Origin: Eukaryota sp. TZLM1-RC
Lineage: Eukaryota > Protista > Metamonada: BaSk clade
Direction of reading: 5' to 3'
DNA length: 64,000 nt
NCBI GenBank assembly: GCA_040285825.1
Contig: JAUPSS010000004.1
Span: 3,018,550 to 3,082,549, forward strand
The stretch's first letter is position 1. Each line of letters starts with the position of its first letter. Of the stretch, positions 34,232-48,465 are shown piece after piece. The notes below the pieces were generated by a model. That model had not been told where the DNA came from and ran no database searches. It was given only the letters and a program-made list of their open reading frames with translations. A program made the position numbers and the translations under genes.

Positions 34232-37200
34232 TTTTTCCCTTTGTCTACAAAAAACCGTCTAACTTAAATCCTTGCAGAACCGTGATCATTGCTTCTATTC
34301 TTTCTTGTTGATGCCTGAATCAGTTTCTGATTCTAATGGAGTCAAAAGAAAGAATGATAGAAAACAAGATGCTGAAGACGTCCTTTCCACCTCTCCTCCT
34401 CAACCTAATGCCTCTTCAATTTTGGACAAAAAAATTTCTGTTCAAGAAATTTTCGAAAATCATGATGAAAATGAAGTTTGTTCAAAAATGAAGAAACGCT
34501 CTCACAGATGCTCCAAGTGCCGACAACAGGAACATAATGCTCGAACGTGTCCCAATGTTGGAAAAAATGATTTGGCAAATTCTGAAACAAAATGCAAAAG
34601 AAAATTTACTAGAAGAACAGTAGAAAAACCAATAAATGATCTTCCACAAGTTGTTGCAAAACCAGTCAACAATCGAATCAAGCACAAAGTTTGCAACAAT
34701 TGTGGTGTTTCTTTGAGGAAAAATGCAAAAGGTACAACGGCTGATCGAAGCTTAAAATACCGAATAGTCGATAATTACCATCCTCCCATAAAAATACCTC
34801 AAGAAATTCATCCGTCGAAATGCAATGAATTTGCTTTCGTTTTTAAAAGATTTTTGAATCAATTATGTAGGGGGAAAGTATGCTGTCAATATTATTTGGG
34901 AATTTTTTTGGTTCTTTTTGTGCCCCTTTTAAACAAAAATTCGTAAATCATTCTGAAAATTTAATTAATATAGCACCGAGAAAACAGTCATCTGAGAAAT
35001 TGAGCAAAATTTTTGAAACAATTTTTGGCAAATTCTGAAACAAAATGCAAAAGAAAATTTACTAGAAGAACAGTAGAAAAACCAATAAATGATCTTCCAC
35101 AAGTTGTTGCAAAACCAGTCAACAATCGAATCAAGCACAAAGTTTGCAACAATTGTGGTGTTTCTTTGAGGAAAAATGCAAAAGGTACAACGGCTGATCG
35201 AAGCTTAAAATGCCGAATAGTCGATAATTACCATCCTCCCATAAAAATACCTCAAGAAATTCATCCGTCGAAATGCAATGAATTTGCTTTCGTTTTTAAA
35301 AGATTTTTGAATCAATTATGTAGGGGGAAAGTATGCTGTCAATATTATTTGGGAATTTTTTTGGTTCTTTTTGTGCCCCTTTTAAACAAAAATTCGTAAA
35401 TAATTCTGAAAATTTAATTAATATAGCACCGAGAAAACAGTCATCTGAGAAATTGAGCAAAATTTTTGAAGACAAATGCTTTGATAATAAATGGTCTAGG
35501 GCTTTGTCTGCTTTAAATCCCGGAGTTAAAGCTCCCAACAATCAACACACTATAGATAAACTAAAAATACTTCATTTTATTGGAAGACCCAATAATGGAT
35601 CATAATTTTTACGAAAATTATTGGGAAACTCATCCATTGATGGCATCAGAGGTATTTTCAGTGATAAAGAAGAGACCACGCGGTAAGTCTGCCGAGCTTT
35701 CTGGTATTTCTAGTCATCATATAAAAGCCGCAGTTATTTCATCAGAGGATTGTCTTGTTCTATTGACCAAATTTTTAATAGAATATTGACTGCTTAACTC
35801 AAATATCCAAAAGAATTAAGAGGTTCTCGTTTGACTGCACTTGTCAAGAATTCAAAAATGGATGTATACATATGTATGTATGCATATACAGCATATACAT
35901 ATACATGTATGCTGAGAGCATACATAATAATTTTTCTGCTTGTTGCTTAAGCAGGTTCAATGAAAAAGCAAAAACGATTTTATTGCCCTTTCAATATGCA
36001 ATCAATACCACTGATGGAGTTTCTTCAGCGATATTTGCTACAGATGTATTATTTCGCCAAAATGAATCCAATGTTTGTATGTCATTGCATTTTAGTAATG
36101 CATTCAATTCACTCAGTCGTGGCAGTATTCATGGTGCTTTGTTACAATATATGCCGGAATTAATGCCGTATTTCCAATCAACATATAGTACAAATTCTGA
36201 TTTGCATTTTGGTAATTCCATTTTGAGTTCATCAAGTGGTGTAAAGCAAGGAGATCCGTTAGGACCTCTTTTGTTTTGTTTGGCCATTCATCCTATTTTA
36301 TTACAAATTCAAGAGATGTTTCCTTCGCTAAAAATGATTGCCTATATTGATGATGTTGTTCTTATAGGTGATTCAAATATTGTGAAAAAAGCAACTGTAT
36401 GTTTTAAAGAATTATTTACCAAAATTGGCCTCCGACTTAATTTACTTAAATGTGTTTTGTTATCGAATTTTGCAATTTCTACAATAGTTGATGGTATCGA
36501 ACTTCAAGCCAAAATATATTCAATTGATGCTATTCGTCATTTAAGTTCGTTTTTAGGAATTAATGATGAAATAACCAAAAAATTGTTTGAGAAGTTGAAC
36601 TCAATTTCACATAAAATTGACCAAATAATGACTTTAGATATACAGAAACATATCAAATTTACCATTATAAGAATGTGTTTTAGTTCCAACTTTAATCATA
36701 CATTTCGATCCACAAACCCTCTTATCACTAGGCCTTTGACCCAGAAGTTTGATGAGTTCAGTGCAAAAGTTTTGTCACAATTACTGGGATGTAAACTGTT
36801 CCAAATTCCAGATCATGCTTATCTTAGTCCACATTATGGCGGTTTAGGGTGGACGAAGGCTTCTATTCTTACTTCGTGTGCTTTTATTGGTGGATGCAGA
36901 AATGCAACATTTGAGTTTTCCGAAAGATTTGCTGATTGGGAAGATTTATTAATGACAACGCAAAGTTCCACTGTTTTTGCATTAAATGAAGAAATTTCAA
37001 AAATTGATGTAGAAAAATGGAGTCGATGCTTTCCCCAATCATTCAATGGCAATATTCCAGAAAAGAATCTTTTAAATTTAAAATACACTCTTCGAACATT
37101 ACAAAAACGATTGACTGGAATGTATGAAAATGATCTTTATAATAATATATGCAGCTCGGCTGTTTTAAATCAAGATCTTCACTCATTGTTATTGGAAAAG

Positions 37201-38048
37201 GGTGTTTGTGAAAATAAGTCATCAGATTCTTCACTTTTTGTAACCATTGTACCACGAAGATTTGGACTGTGTGCTATTAATGAGGCGTTTGTTACAAAAA
37301 TGAGATTATAATTGAATATCCCCATTGATCAATTAATAACAAAAGAAAAATGTAGTTGTTCGAATTCACCTCAGGTCACTTTATGTCATGCTCTAAATTG
37401 TTCGAAATTGATAACATATCGTTTTTCATTACATGATGCTGTTAGAGACACTGTTTTCAATATGGCACAAACTGCAAAAATATCGTGTATCAAAGAGCCT
37501 CTGCTGAAAGAAACACACGTTCTATGAATAATTTTGGTTCTGATTATAGAGGTGATGTATACTGTGATTGGATTGATAATTGTGAAGCTTTTGTTGACTT
37601 TGTCTCATGTAATGTTGCAAATGATACTTTGGTTCACAGAAGAAAACTTAATTCTGTGAGTGCTCTTGATTTTAAAGCAAAAGAAAAACATAGAATATAT
37701 GATAAAGATATCGAAGAGGCTAATGCCGATAGAAATACACCACTAGTTTTTATTGTTTTCCCATTTTCGATAAACAGAAAACTATCAGTAGAAGCAGAAA
37801 CTTTTTTGAATGACTTCCCAAAAATGGTTCAAGAAAAAACAATGAAAAGATTTGATATTATTTTATGGAGCTCTTGGATTCAATTTGCCATTATTAATAG
37901 ATTAGCTCCATTTTTCAATCGAATTAGAGAAGCATTAGCTAGACAGCAAGCAGATCAAGATTCTGTAGAGGAAATCTTGGTTCAATGATAGTCGTCCCAT
38001 TAGTTATGAGTTAATTTAATTAAGTGTGCAAATTCAATAAATACATTA
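34231..38048 (+). mobile_element. Decayed full-length family F copy
   Basis: Colinear with 59507-62848; ~455-bp internal tandem duplication (~34570-35015 repeated from ~35025); low-complexity CATA/TATG insertion at ~35862-35910; stop codons. Confidence 0.92.
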
Positions 38049-38064
38049 AGTTGATTCAAAAAAA

Positions 38065-41005
38065 ATTTGATTCACCATGGATCAAATGAACATCATAAGA
38101 AAACCTTTGAAAAAATTCAAAAACAAAATTTTTTCCACCTCCTAAAAAGCTGCTTTACATAAAATCGAAGATTTCGTGAAACCAATTCCACCCAATTCAG
38201 CAGAACAAAAAACATGACTTCGAATTAAAGATTCATTTACCTAAAAAAGTAACAATCTTTATTGATTGATGGTGCTCAGATTCCCTATACCAATTATGAC
38301 CAACAAGCGTTTAAGTTTCTTGGATGTTGGCTTGGCAATTTATATGAAATTTATTCCCAGTTGAACAATTTATTGGAGAAATTTGACAAGGATCTTAGTT
38401 TTATTGCTGAATGTGATATAAAAATTTGTTATTCTGGAAAATTCACTCATATTTTAAGGTCAACTTTTCCTTCAGTATCTCTGGATTTTTGTAGATCTTT
38501 CAACAAAATCCGGGTCAGAATTTTTTCTTCTTTAATGGAAGTAAACGAAGCTTTGACTCGAAGCCATTTATTTTGTTCTGCTGATTTGAATGGAATTGCT
38601 TTCACCAAATCTTCTTTTTTGTGTAAAGTAGTATTTTTCGGAGGTGGTAAGAATTTTGTTTTAGAATTTCTTCAAAGGTTCCCTTATGATGTTCATCTGA
38701 TCCGTGGTGAATCATATTTCTGATTAAATCAACATCAATTTGAATTAGATAAATTGTCGAGTAGTGTCTGGATTCAGTGTTTTCCTCAGAATGTATAAAA
38801 AATTCCCAACCGATCATTCCCAAATCTACGTTTGTGCCTGAAAAGCTTCACTACCATCTGGTTAAATTATATAAAGGCTAGGATTTTGGGGTAAGACTTG
38901 ACTTGGCCAAAACTGAAAATCCCGCTTTCAGTAATTTTTTAAAGGACATTCGTAACAGTTCTGCTGCAGTTTTAGTTACTTAAATTCCCTCTGTTTAAGG
39001 ACTTCTTTTACAAAACAATGAATGGCTTCTAAACATGCGTTTTCGTTGTTTTCTATGGCCAAACAATTTGTCTAATCATTTAACATGTAAATGTGGTAAA
39101 CCTCTTTTGTTTACGCATCTTTTGACTTGTAAACACTTCATTACATTTCGATGTAAAGTACACAATAATGTCAGGGACCAAATTTATGTAGTTTGTAAAT
39201 CATATCGAGTAGAATCCTTTTAAGAGCCTTTGCCATCAAAATTAATTCTTGATGACCCCAACATTGATAGTACGCGCTACAACAGAGCTTCTATGAGTTC
39301 TGACAAGAGGTAATTTGGTTGTTTCCGGCTTAAATGGTAGTTTTACTTCCTTAGTTGCCATGTCCATAGACCCTGGTAATTCTTGTAACGAACATCTCAT
39401 TAACTCAGATGTCAATAATCCTCTTCTTGCTAACGAAATATACAAAATTGCTACATACGCGAAACCCATTTCCTCTTTACATGAAAATTCTCATGCCCAA
39501 TATAATTTATGTCCCTTTGTTTTTTCCATGCTTGGATCTTTAGGTAAGGCTGCTATGGCTTTCCTCGAGGATTTTAATGTAGTTGTAGAGAAAAGAACTG
39601 GAAGAATTTTCAATCGTGTTTACTGGCAAAACAGGATTGTATTTTCTATTTTTAAGGGAATGGTAAAACTAATTTCTGATTCACTCTCTTCTTTTGGGAA
39701 ATTTTCTGAATTTTTAGCTTTTAATTGTTGTGAAGTAGGGAAGGCAGATTTTGAAAACGTGGAGTTTTAGCTGTGTATTTCACGATTTTTCATTCCTTAT
39801 TAAATGAATAAATAAGCATATCCAAAAAAAGAACTACCAAGAACAAACATCCAGTAAAAAATTTGCAAAAGGGGATTTTTTTGTTTGGCCAATTATTGAG
39901 TGATGGTGCTCAGATTTCTTTCATTAATTATGACCAACAAGCGTTCAAGTTTCTTGCAAGTTTCTTTGTCTCACACTAGTGATCAAAATGATGATAAAAG
40001 GTGTGTCTTTTGTCAATAACCTGTTACTGTTAATGATTCTGGTCGCCCTTTACTTTTCTGTGATTTTTTTTGTAAACTGATTCTTGTGTTGCTGCCGATC
40101 AGTTACGTTGCCCCTTTAGAGTTCCTGCTCAGCTGAGTACGTTGGCTTCAATACCTTTTGCTGTTTTTCTTCGTGCCTTTACTGAAAACTTACGTGAAGG
40201 ATTATGGGATGTTACTCCGATATGGAAATTTTTTTAAAAAAAAAGATAAGAAACTTTTGTCAAAAAAATCAAATTTTAAAAAGAATGATTTTTCAAAAAA
40301 AAGTTGGTAAGAAAATTGGCTCTAAACGGACGTTTTGGTTCTGCAAAGCAATGGTTATTTTTTTCTTATTGATCTGAATGCAATGAAAATACATTGTCCC
40401 AATTAAATAATCTTCATCCAGAAGAAAATTTTCATTGTCCCAAATTAGGTTCAGTTGGTTATTGGCTGAAAAATCCTGTGAATGCTCCAGAGGTCTCAAA
40501 ACTGTTACAGCATATGCCTGCTCGTAAAGGTCCAGGACCATCTCTGATGAATTTTGATATGATTAAGTCAGCTGTTGGACAGTGTCCTGAAATTGTTGAT
40601 GATCTCGTCTATTTTTTCCACAGTTTCTGGACCTTGAAATTTAAAGTTGCTGATGAGATGATAAGTGCTTGTTTAATTGCCCTCATGAAAAATATATCCA
40701 AAATTCGTCCAATTGCAATTGGAGAATCGTTCGCTAGAATTTTTGCGTCTCTTGTTTTTAATAGAATTGGAAGAAAAGCCAAAGAACTTTTCAGCCCTTT
40801 TTAATTTGGAATCAAGACAATTGATGGTGCTTTAGCTGCTGCCCTTGCGTCTGATGTATTCTTTAATTCTAGTAATTTAATTACGTTTTTAATTTAGATT
40901 TTATAAATGCTTTTAATTCTGTACCCCGTTCTTCCATTTTCTTTTTGTTGCAAAAGCATTTTTCTGAAGTTGAGTCTTCTTTCTGATCTTTGTATGGAAA
41001 ATCAT
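38065..41005. mobile_element. Decayed family B (+, 38245-39830, preceded by a minus-strand piece) and family H 5' half (+, 39960-41005)
   Basis: ORFs 38262-38723, 39035-39223, 39315-39770 (ends ENVEF*) and 40394-40804 (KGPGPS, RPIAIGES). Confidence 0.85.
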
Positions 41006-41130
41006 TAAATAAATAACAGACCTTTTTTTAAAAAAAAGACGGCAATTGCTATTATTTAAATGAAGTTCTACTAACAGAATAGATATTTCATTTCAATTTT
41101 GGACACATTCCATCTATCTAACGGCTATAT

Positions 41131-41266
41131 TGATGGTCTTGACTGTTGTGAGTTAGACATTTCTGTAAATGTAATGTGATTTATAACAGAGAGAAAAGGA
41201 TTTCCCTCAACTTAACCTAGAAGTAAATAAATAACAAACAATCTATAATACTATTCAAGACTAACA
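41131..41266 (-). repeat. 3' LTR (136 bp)
   Basis: TGATGGTC...GACTAACA; roughly 85-90% identical by eye to 44738-44868. Confidence 0.88.
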
Positions 41267-44200
41267 CTGCATTTTCCTCTCTTTCGAGCGACGAGTCCTA
41301 GAAGCTCTAGTCAAAGGTGGAGAGGTACTAATTTTGGGGAGCTTCTTGGGAGGAGCAGATTTAGTACGGCGACGTGCTGATGCAGTCTTGAAAACGTCAT
41401 GATACGCAGCAGTATTTCGCATTGTAGACAAGTGTTCAATAGTGATCTCTTTTCCGGGCCATTGGACCTGGCAAAAGTCACCATCCTGGCTGAGTACCTT
41501 TTCAATGATGTGTTCTTCCCCATCACCTGCAGCAACCCATGAGTGGAACTTATCGTTGGCAGGCAGGCTTGAGTACCAGGGAGTAAGATGTTTGACGCTA
41601 TCTTGGACTATCGTACCGGTGCAGAAATTCTTGATATTCACGGACTATTTGGATACAGTTTCTGTGATTAGGAAGGGTCCTAATTAATCTGCATGAAGCT
41701 TAACGGAGGAGCTGGAAGCTCTTGATACTAGTTGACCAACTTCACAGGGATTTAGAGTTGTTGATCTAGTTAGCTTAAAAGCTTTGGAAGCTTGATGGTG
41801 TGCTGCTTTTTTCCTGTTTTTCTTTCAATTTGCGGAATTTAGATTGAATTTCGTGAATAAAAGTTGACTGAGACGTCGAGCTTTCAATGATTGCAAATAT
41901 TTTGCCAGGGTCAGATTTATTTGATACATCAGGGCCAAAGATCACTTGGTATGGCGTGTGGTTTGTTATTGAACTCTTGGAAAAGTTGATCAATAATTGC
42001 ACATAAGGCAAATACTCGGACCACACATCGTAGGCATTGAAGTCTACAAGCAATTTCCTTAGGTTTTGCAGGATGTCTCCGTGTCGGTGCTCTACAATAC
42101 TGTTGGACTAAGATAACCTGAAAATTGACTTTGACACCTCTATACCCCAAAAATTCGCTTAGTTCGTTGAAGTCAGTCTTGGAAAATTCTGGTCCATTAT
42201 CACTGTGGATTTGAAATGGGATTCCGAAGATGACACAGACTTTCCAGATTAATGCATCTGCGGTAAGATTAGCATTGATCCTTTTAAGGGTACGATGATC
42301 GTAAACCTCGAGAAGCTGTCAATAAATACTAGGATGTATTTGTAGCCTTCTCGATCTTCTTGAAGAGGACCAATGACGTCGGTGTTGACGCAAACGAATG
42401 GTCTGTCAGCTTACAATAAACCTGTTGGGGGAACATGCAGTTTGGGAACTGACTTTGTTTTTAACAGGAATATCATTCTTGGACGTGCTTGTTCATGTCT
42501 GTGAGCATGTTTGGCCACCAATAATCACTGTTCCTGAGTTTGTTCAGGCTTTCAGCTTTGCTTGAATGGCCTCCTTGCAGCAGTCCGTGCAACAAGTTGA
42601 CAATGTCTTCAATGAGTGAGTTGAAAATCACAATCTTGTTGTCGTGAGTCAAAACTAAATCAAATTGATTATTATGCACACAGTTGTTGAAAAAAAGGGC
42701 TTTGGAAGCTATGGCAAGCTTCTGTTCGGACCTTTTCCTACAGGGCCACGGCTCGAAAATAGAAAATTCGTTGGAACAACGTTCTTTGATGACCATGATA
42801 CGTTCAAAGTTGTTTAGGTCTTAGATGTAGTACCTTTTATTTTCTGTTTCATTTATTTTGTCTATGTTAAATATTGGATGAAAATTGTGAGAGTTTTGAT
42901 GGCATAAATGATTGATCTTATGATGGTCTGTAAACGGAACTATTTGAGACACCATATTGACTCGATATTGACTGTAATTATCTCGTCAACGGCTTGTTCA
43001 ATGCGAGGTTGGTTTCCAGCAGGTTGTACTTGTGGTTCATTCTGAGATTCAGTTTGAAACTGAATCTGAAACACGATTTGAGTTTCAGAACACAAAACTG
43101 ATTCATCAAACTGTGCAGAAACAGTTGATTCTGAGATAAATGGTTGAACCAGGTTGTATCGTTCAATGCGACCTTCGACCATAACCAATTCCAACATCCT
43201 AGATTTTGTACATCCAGGGAATATAGTCAATCTTTGAAGAGCATCTTGAAAATTGCCAGCTCTTCTATGGTCAGGAGCTACATTAAGAGGTTATATGGTT
43301 AGGACGTCCATTGTATAGAAAGAGTCTTTCACCATATGTGGTTTCAGTGTACCACCATCCCGTGCGATAATCTTGGTCGATCAGAATGTCCAGTGAAGCG
43401 TTGTTTACAGGGCTGAACCTAGGATATGGACAGGGATTAGCAATGTTGATAATAAGGTTTTGGTCGTCTCCAGAAAATGGTCTGAAGACTCCTTCCCTAG
43501 TTGCTAGCATAGAACCTATGCCAAGTTTGCGAGGAAACTTTGGTTCGGGATCGTGCCTGGTATCACTCTCCGTGATACATTCATCGGGAAAGTAGGGACC
43601 AAATACTGGGTCTGAATGGAATGCCTAGGTTGTTTCTTTGAGGAGGCCCATAAAATGGTGGGACTTCTTTGCTCATTTCCGTAGGAGGAATGGCTTCGGA
43701 ATCAGAGGGAATTGGTCTGAAGTCCCTTGGTCTACGACATGGGTTAGCTTTCCAGTTGTTGGAAGCGGAATTCCCTGGAATTAACTGCCTGCTAGGCATA
43801 GCCGTTTAAGCATGTTGACTAAAGTTTTAATGCATGTTTAAACCGTTTTGCAGCGCTAATGAACTCCATAAAGTTTCTCTTACGGTCTGCTCAAGCATCC
43901 ATAAGCTCTTTGTGGACTCTTTCCTATATCATTTTCTTGAGCCATTGAAGGTGAAAATGAGCTTCTTTGAGGAGTAATAGAAGGTACAGATGGAACTGTT
44001 CCGGATTTATCAAGACGAACCTTGAAAGGCTGTATTCCTGAGGGTAACTTGGAAATTCTAGTCCTTGGAGGGAAAAGTAAAGCCATATATCTCAGTTCAG
44101 ATACTGGAGGTGGAGTATCAGAAGCTCTTGAAGGTGGGACAACAGGAGAGTCAGGAAATGGAATTCTGACTGGCTAATATGGGACCCTGAAAGAAGAAGA

Positions 44201-44737
44201 TAGAACTCCTTGCTCTAGTCGTTTGGAAGGAGAAAATACAACTTCGGTTCTTCTTAGTGAGGAAAGAGGAGGTTGAACAACATTAACTCTTTGAGTAGAA
44301 AAAGAAAATGGAACTTTTAAGCTTCTTTGCGGGGCGGGAAAAAATGGAACTTCAGATCCTTTATGTTGAGACGGGGAAGGCTGATTTTCGGAAACCTCAT
44401 CTTTTTCTTCGTACGGAACCAAAGAAGGGCTTCTTCCTTCCAAAGGAACGGAATCCTGAGAAGGGAAATTTTCTTCCATGGGAGCGGTGTCCTCATGGGG
44501 TATACAACCTGTTCATAGGAGGTGAATCTTCTTGGAGAAAACTTCTTGCCATAGGAGCGAAATCCTCAGGAAGAAAATCTTTGGGAAGTGAACTTCACCA
44601 AAAGAAAAAAGCACTTCGGGAAGCGCAAAAGCTTCTACGGAAATCGTAGTATCAATTTGGTCTGGGGTTATTTGTGAAGAGGGACTAGTCTCTTCTTCAA
44701 AGTACCTACGCTGAGCTAAAGGTGGCCCAATACGTAT

Positions 44738-44868
44738 TGATGGTCTTGGCTGTTGTGAGTTAGACATATCTATAAATGTAGTGTGATTTATAACAAAGAG
44801 AACAGGATTTCCCTCAACTTAACCTAGAAGTAAATAACAAAAATCTATAATACTATTTAAGACTAACA
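44738..44868 (-). repeat. 5' LTR (131 bp)
   Basis: Direct repeat of 41131-41266; flanks ATAT / ATGT may be a decayed 4-bp TSD. Confidence 0.88.
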
Positions 44869-45264
44869 ATGTCGTTTTGAAATGTATTTTGGCTATTGCC
44901 TTGACTCCAAATACTTATACTGTGAATGTTCAGTTTATCAACGTGCATCTTTTATTAATAAATAAACAAAAGATAACTGTAATAATTCAATGCAAGCCCT
45001 GTAAAATAAATTGTATTAATAGCTTCTCTTCATAAACACGTCATCAGGTTTTTTGATCAATTTTATCAAAGTAAAAAAAATTAAAAAATAAAATGGGTTT
45101 AATTTAATCTTGTATTATCTCAAAATTACATTAAGATTTATGATTTAAGATGAATTTCTGCATCTATTGTCTATTTATCAAACACAGAACGAAGCAATTG
45201 AATAGAAGATCAATCGTCAATCACTAAAAGCACACCAAGATTAATTATTCTTACAAATGGACAT

Positions 45265-48200
45265 ACTAGAGCTTGCCCATTATTTTCAACAATTAATAGT
45301 TTTGAGAATTAATCCTTTTCTTTGAATTACTAGGTGCACGTTTGATTGCTTTAGTAAAGTCAGGTAATGGAATTAAACCTGATGGTATACGCGCAATTGC
45401 CGTTGGTGAATCTTTATCTCGTTTGTTAGCATCAATTGTCTTTGATCGTGTCAAATTCTTCAAATTCTTCCAAATTTTGAATCCTCATCAATTTGGAATA
45501 TACCAATTGATGGTGTTTCTGTTGCCGCTATCGCCTTTGATCTTTTTTTAATGCAGAGGGAAATAACTTTTTTTTAATCTCGACTTTAAAAATGCTTTTA
45601 ATTCTGTAATATGTTTTTCTATATCTAAAGAAGAAATTGAATATGTTAATTTATTGAATTTGCACACTTAATTCAACTTAATTTATTGAATTTGCACACT
45701 TGATTAAATTAAATCATAACTAATGGGACGACTATCATTAAACCAAGATTTCCTCTACAAAATCTTGATTTGCTTGCTGTCTAGCTAAAGCTTCTCTAAT
45801 TCGATTGAAAAACCGCGGTAATCTATTAATAATGGCAAATTGAATCCGTGAACGCCATAAAAAAATATCAAATCTTTTCATTGTTTTTTCTTTCACCAAT
45901 TTTTGGAAGTCATCCAAAAAAGTTTCTGCTTCAACTGATAATCTTCCATTTATCGAAAATGGAAAAGCAATAAAAACCAGCTGTGTATTTCTATCGATAT
46001 TTGCATCTTCAATTTCTTTATCATATTTTCTATGTTTTTCTTTTGCTTTAAAATCCAGAGCAGCCACAGGATTAAGTTTTCTTCTGTGAACCAAAGTATC
46101 GTTTGCAACATTACATGAGACAAAGTCAACAATAGCTTCAGAATTATCAATCCAATCACAGTATACATCACCTCTATCATCAGAACTAAAATTATTCAGA
46201 GAAAGTGTTTCTTTCAGCAGGGGCTCTTTGATACACGATATCCTTGCAGTTTGTGCCATATTGAAAACAGTGTTGAAAACACACTTAATTAAATTAAATC
46301 ATAACTAATGGGACGACTATCATTAAACCAAGATTTCCTCTACAAAATCTTGATTTGCTTGCTGTCTAGCTAAAGCTTCTCTAATTCGATTGAAAAACCG
46401 CGGTAATCTATTAATAATGGCAAATTGAATCCGTGAACGCCATAAAAAAATATCAAATCTTTTCATTGTTTTTTCTTTCTTGAATCAAGTTCAATTTTCA
46501 TTTTTTAAAAAATAACTTAAATATATTTAGTGAACATGCACACTTAATTAAATTAATTCATAACTGATGGAACGACTATCATTGAACCAAAATTTCCTCT
46601 ACAAAATCTTGATCTGCTTGCTGTCTAGCTAAAAATAACTTGTAATTCATTCTGAATTTGAGGCACATCTCCTAACAACAACCAACGAATTTAAAAAGAT
46701 CATTACTATAATTAGTAAAAGGGACAACAGAATCGTTTATCACAAGATCCTGAGCAGAAGAGCAAATCGGAAGGCATTTGCTCGCATCAAGTTGAAGCCC
46801 ATATTTTCATATGAATCGGCAATTTCTTAAGCAAACAATTGTAGTAAATCAAAAGCACCAATCAAGGATATATCATCCATATAAGCAACTTTTTTTATAG
46901 AAGGGTATTTTTGCTTAATGATATCTGAAGTTTTGTGAATAGCTGAACAAAACAATGATGGGCCTAAAAAATCACCTTGTTTGACACCAGAAGATGATTT
47001 TAAACCAAATGAATCAAATAGTAAATCTCATCCTTTACCATAAAATTGGTAGAAAATACTTGATAGCTCAGGAAAATCAGATTTAATTACTTCAAAAATT
47101 GCTTCTCGTTCTAAATTTCCAATGCTTGAAATTTGCTATACTGGGAGAATAACCCACATTTTGAGATCTCGTGCTCTTTCCATAGCATTAGAATTTTAGT
47201 GTTCCTTTAATTCATTGAGAACAGAATTTTTTGTTGATTTATTGGATGTAGAACCAGAAATGTTGAAAAATCACTTATTTTCTTCAGCAAATTTGGGTAA
47301 TATTGGATTTACTAAATCTTCTATTTTGTGTCAATCAGAATTTTTGAGTGGAGACAAGAATTTTATTTATGAATTTTCTCGTAGTTTCCTGAAGATTCTC
47401 ATCTGTTTGTTCCCAGTTGAAGTCCATATTTGAATGAGCTATTTTGTGAACTTGCTAGATTGCCACCACAAATTTGGACCAAATGTTTTCCCCAATCAAT
47501 TCAAGAATTTCCAAACCGTTTCTTTTTAATTTGCATTTTTGCTGTAAAAAGCTTCAACAAAAATTGGCAAAGATTTTTGAAGACTTGGATTTTGATGTTA
47601 GACTTGGCTTGGCCAAGAAAAAGAATCCCGCTTTTGCAAATCTTTTACAAGATATGTGTGACGGCTTCTGCCTTAGTAACAACAATTCCTCAAGTTTATG
47701 GTACTCTCTTAACTGATTCTGCTTGGACTCTGAATATGAGATTTCGTTCCTTTATCTAGCCTGATAATTTGCCTCATAATTTATTTGTAAATGTTCTCGA
47801 GAAATTACAATTACTCATTTGTTAAATTGTAAACATTTTATTACTATTAGAAGCAAGGTTCATGATGCTGTAAGAGACCAGTTATATTGTATGTGTAAGT
47901 CTCATAGAATTGAATCCTTTTTGGAACCTCTGTTGTCAAATCTGTTTGATGTTGAAGATGATTTTCATAAGAATAATAGAGGTGATGTAATATTACCTGG
48001 ATTAGATGGAAGCTTCATCTTATTGGATGTATTGTCTGTTGATCCTTGTAATGCCTCAAATGAAATGCTTGTTAATTCTGAAATTCATAATCCTCTTTCA
48101 AATGCTGAAAATTTCAAAATCAAAAAATACAATGAACCTTTGTCCAAATTGCCCAGTCAACAGCATACGAAATACAATTTGTATCCATTTGTATTTTCTC

Positions 48201-48465
48201 TTTTTGGTTCACTTGCTCCAACGGCTATATGTTTTTTGACAGATTTTGAAATGATTGTAAAGAGAAGAACTAACAGAAATTTCAACAGATTGTTTTGGCA
48301 AAATATAATTGTGTTTTCTGTTTTTAAGGGGATGTTGAAGACGGTTTCTGATGCTTTGCTTTCTCTTGGATCTCACTATAAGAGAGTTGCATCTGGCGTT
48401 TTTGTTTTGTGAGAGATGGATTAATTAGATGTTGTTTTATAGGTTTTAATAAAAAAAATAAATAA
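45265..48465 (+). mobile_element. Old family A copy with an internally inverted RT core (~45610-47110) containing three family F 3'-end insertions
   Basis: Plus-strand A to NAFNSV, minus-strand A core, then plus-strand A resuming at MLEICYTG; F tails on minus at ~45646-46272, ~46280-46480 and ~46535-46632. Confidence 0.85.

Larger units (their letters stand above)
41131..44868 (-). mobile_element. Degenerate Ty3/Gypsy LTR retrotransposon with chromodomain integrase; no recognisable RT
   Basis: Direct repeats TG..CA at both ends. Integrase motifs H..GGH..YWWP, RPF..DVIGPL..KYILVFIDSFSRF, IHSDNGPEF, IVEHRH and TPYQVIFG; chromodomain-like IEKVL..QVQWPG..TIEH; purine tract AAAGAGAGGAAAA before the 3' LTR. 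Confidence 0.88.

Noticed and set aside
34231-41005. Alternative genetic code or programmed frameshifting to explain broken ORFs
   Set aside because: Breaks differ between copies of the same family, and the intact ORFs end in TAG, TAA and TGA under the standard code.
44712-44730. tRNA-like TAGCTCAG motif near the LTR primer site (minus strand)
   Set aside because: No cloverleaf or T-loop follows, and it lies within the gag-like ORF.
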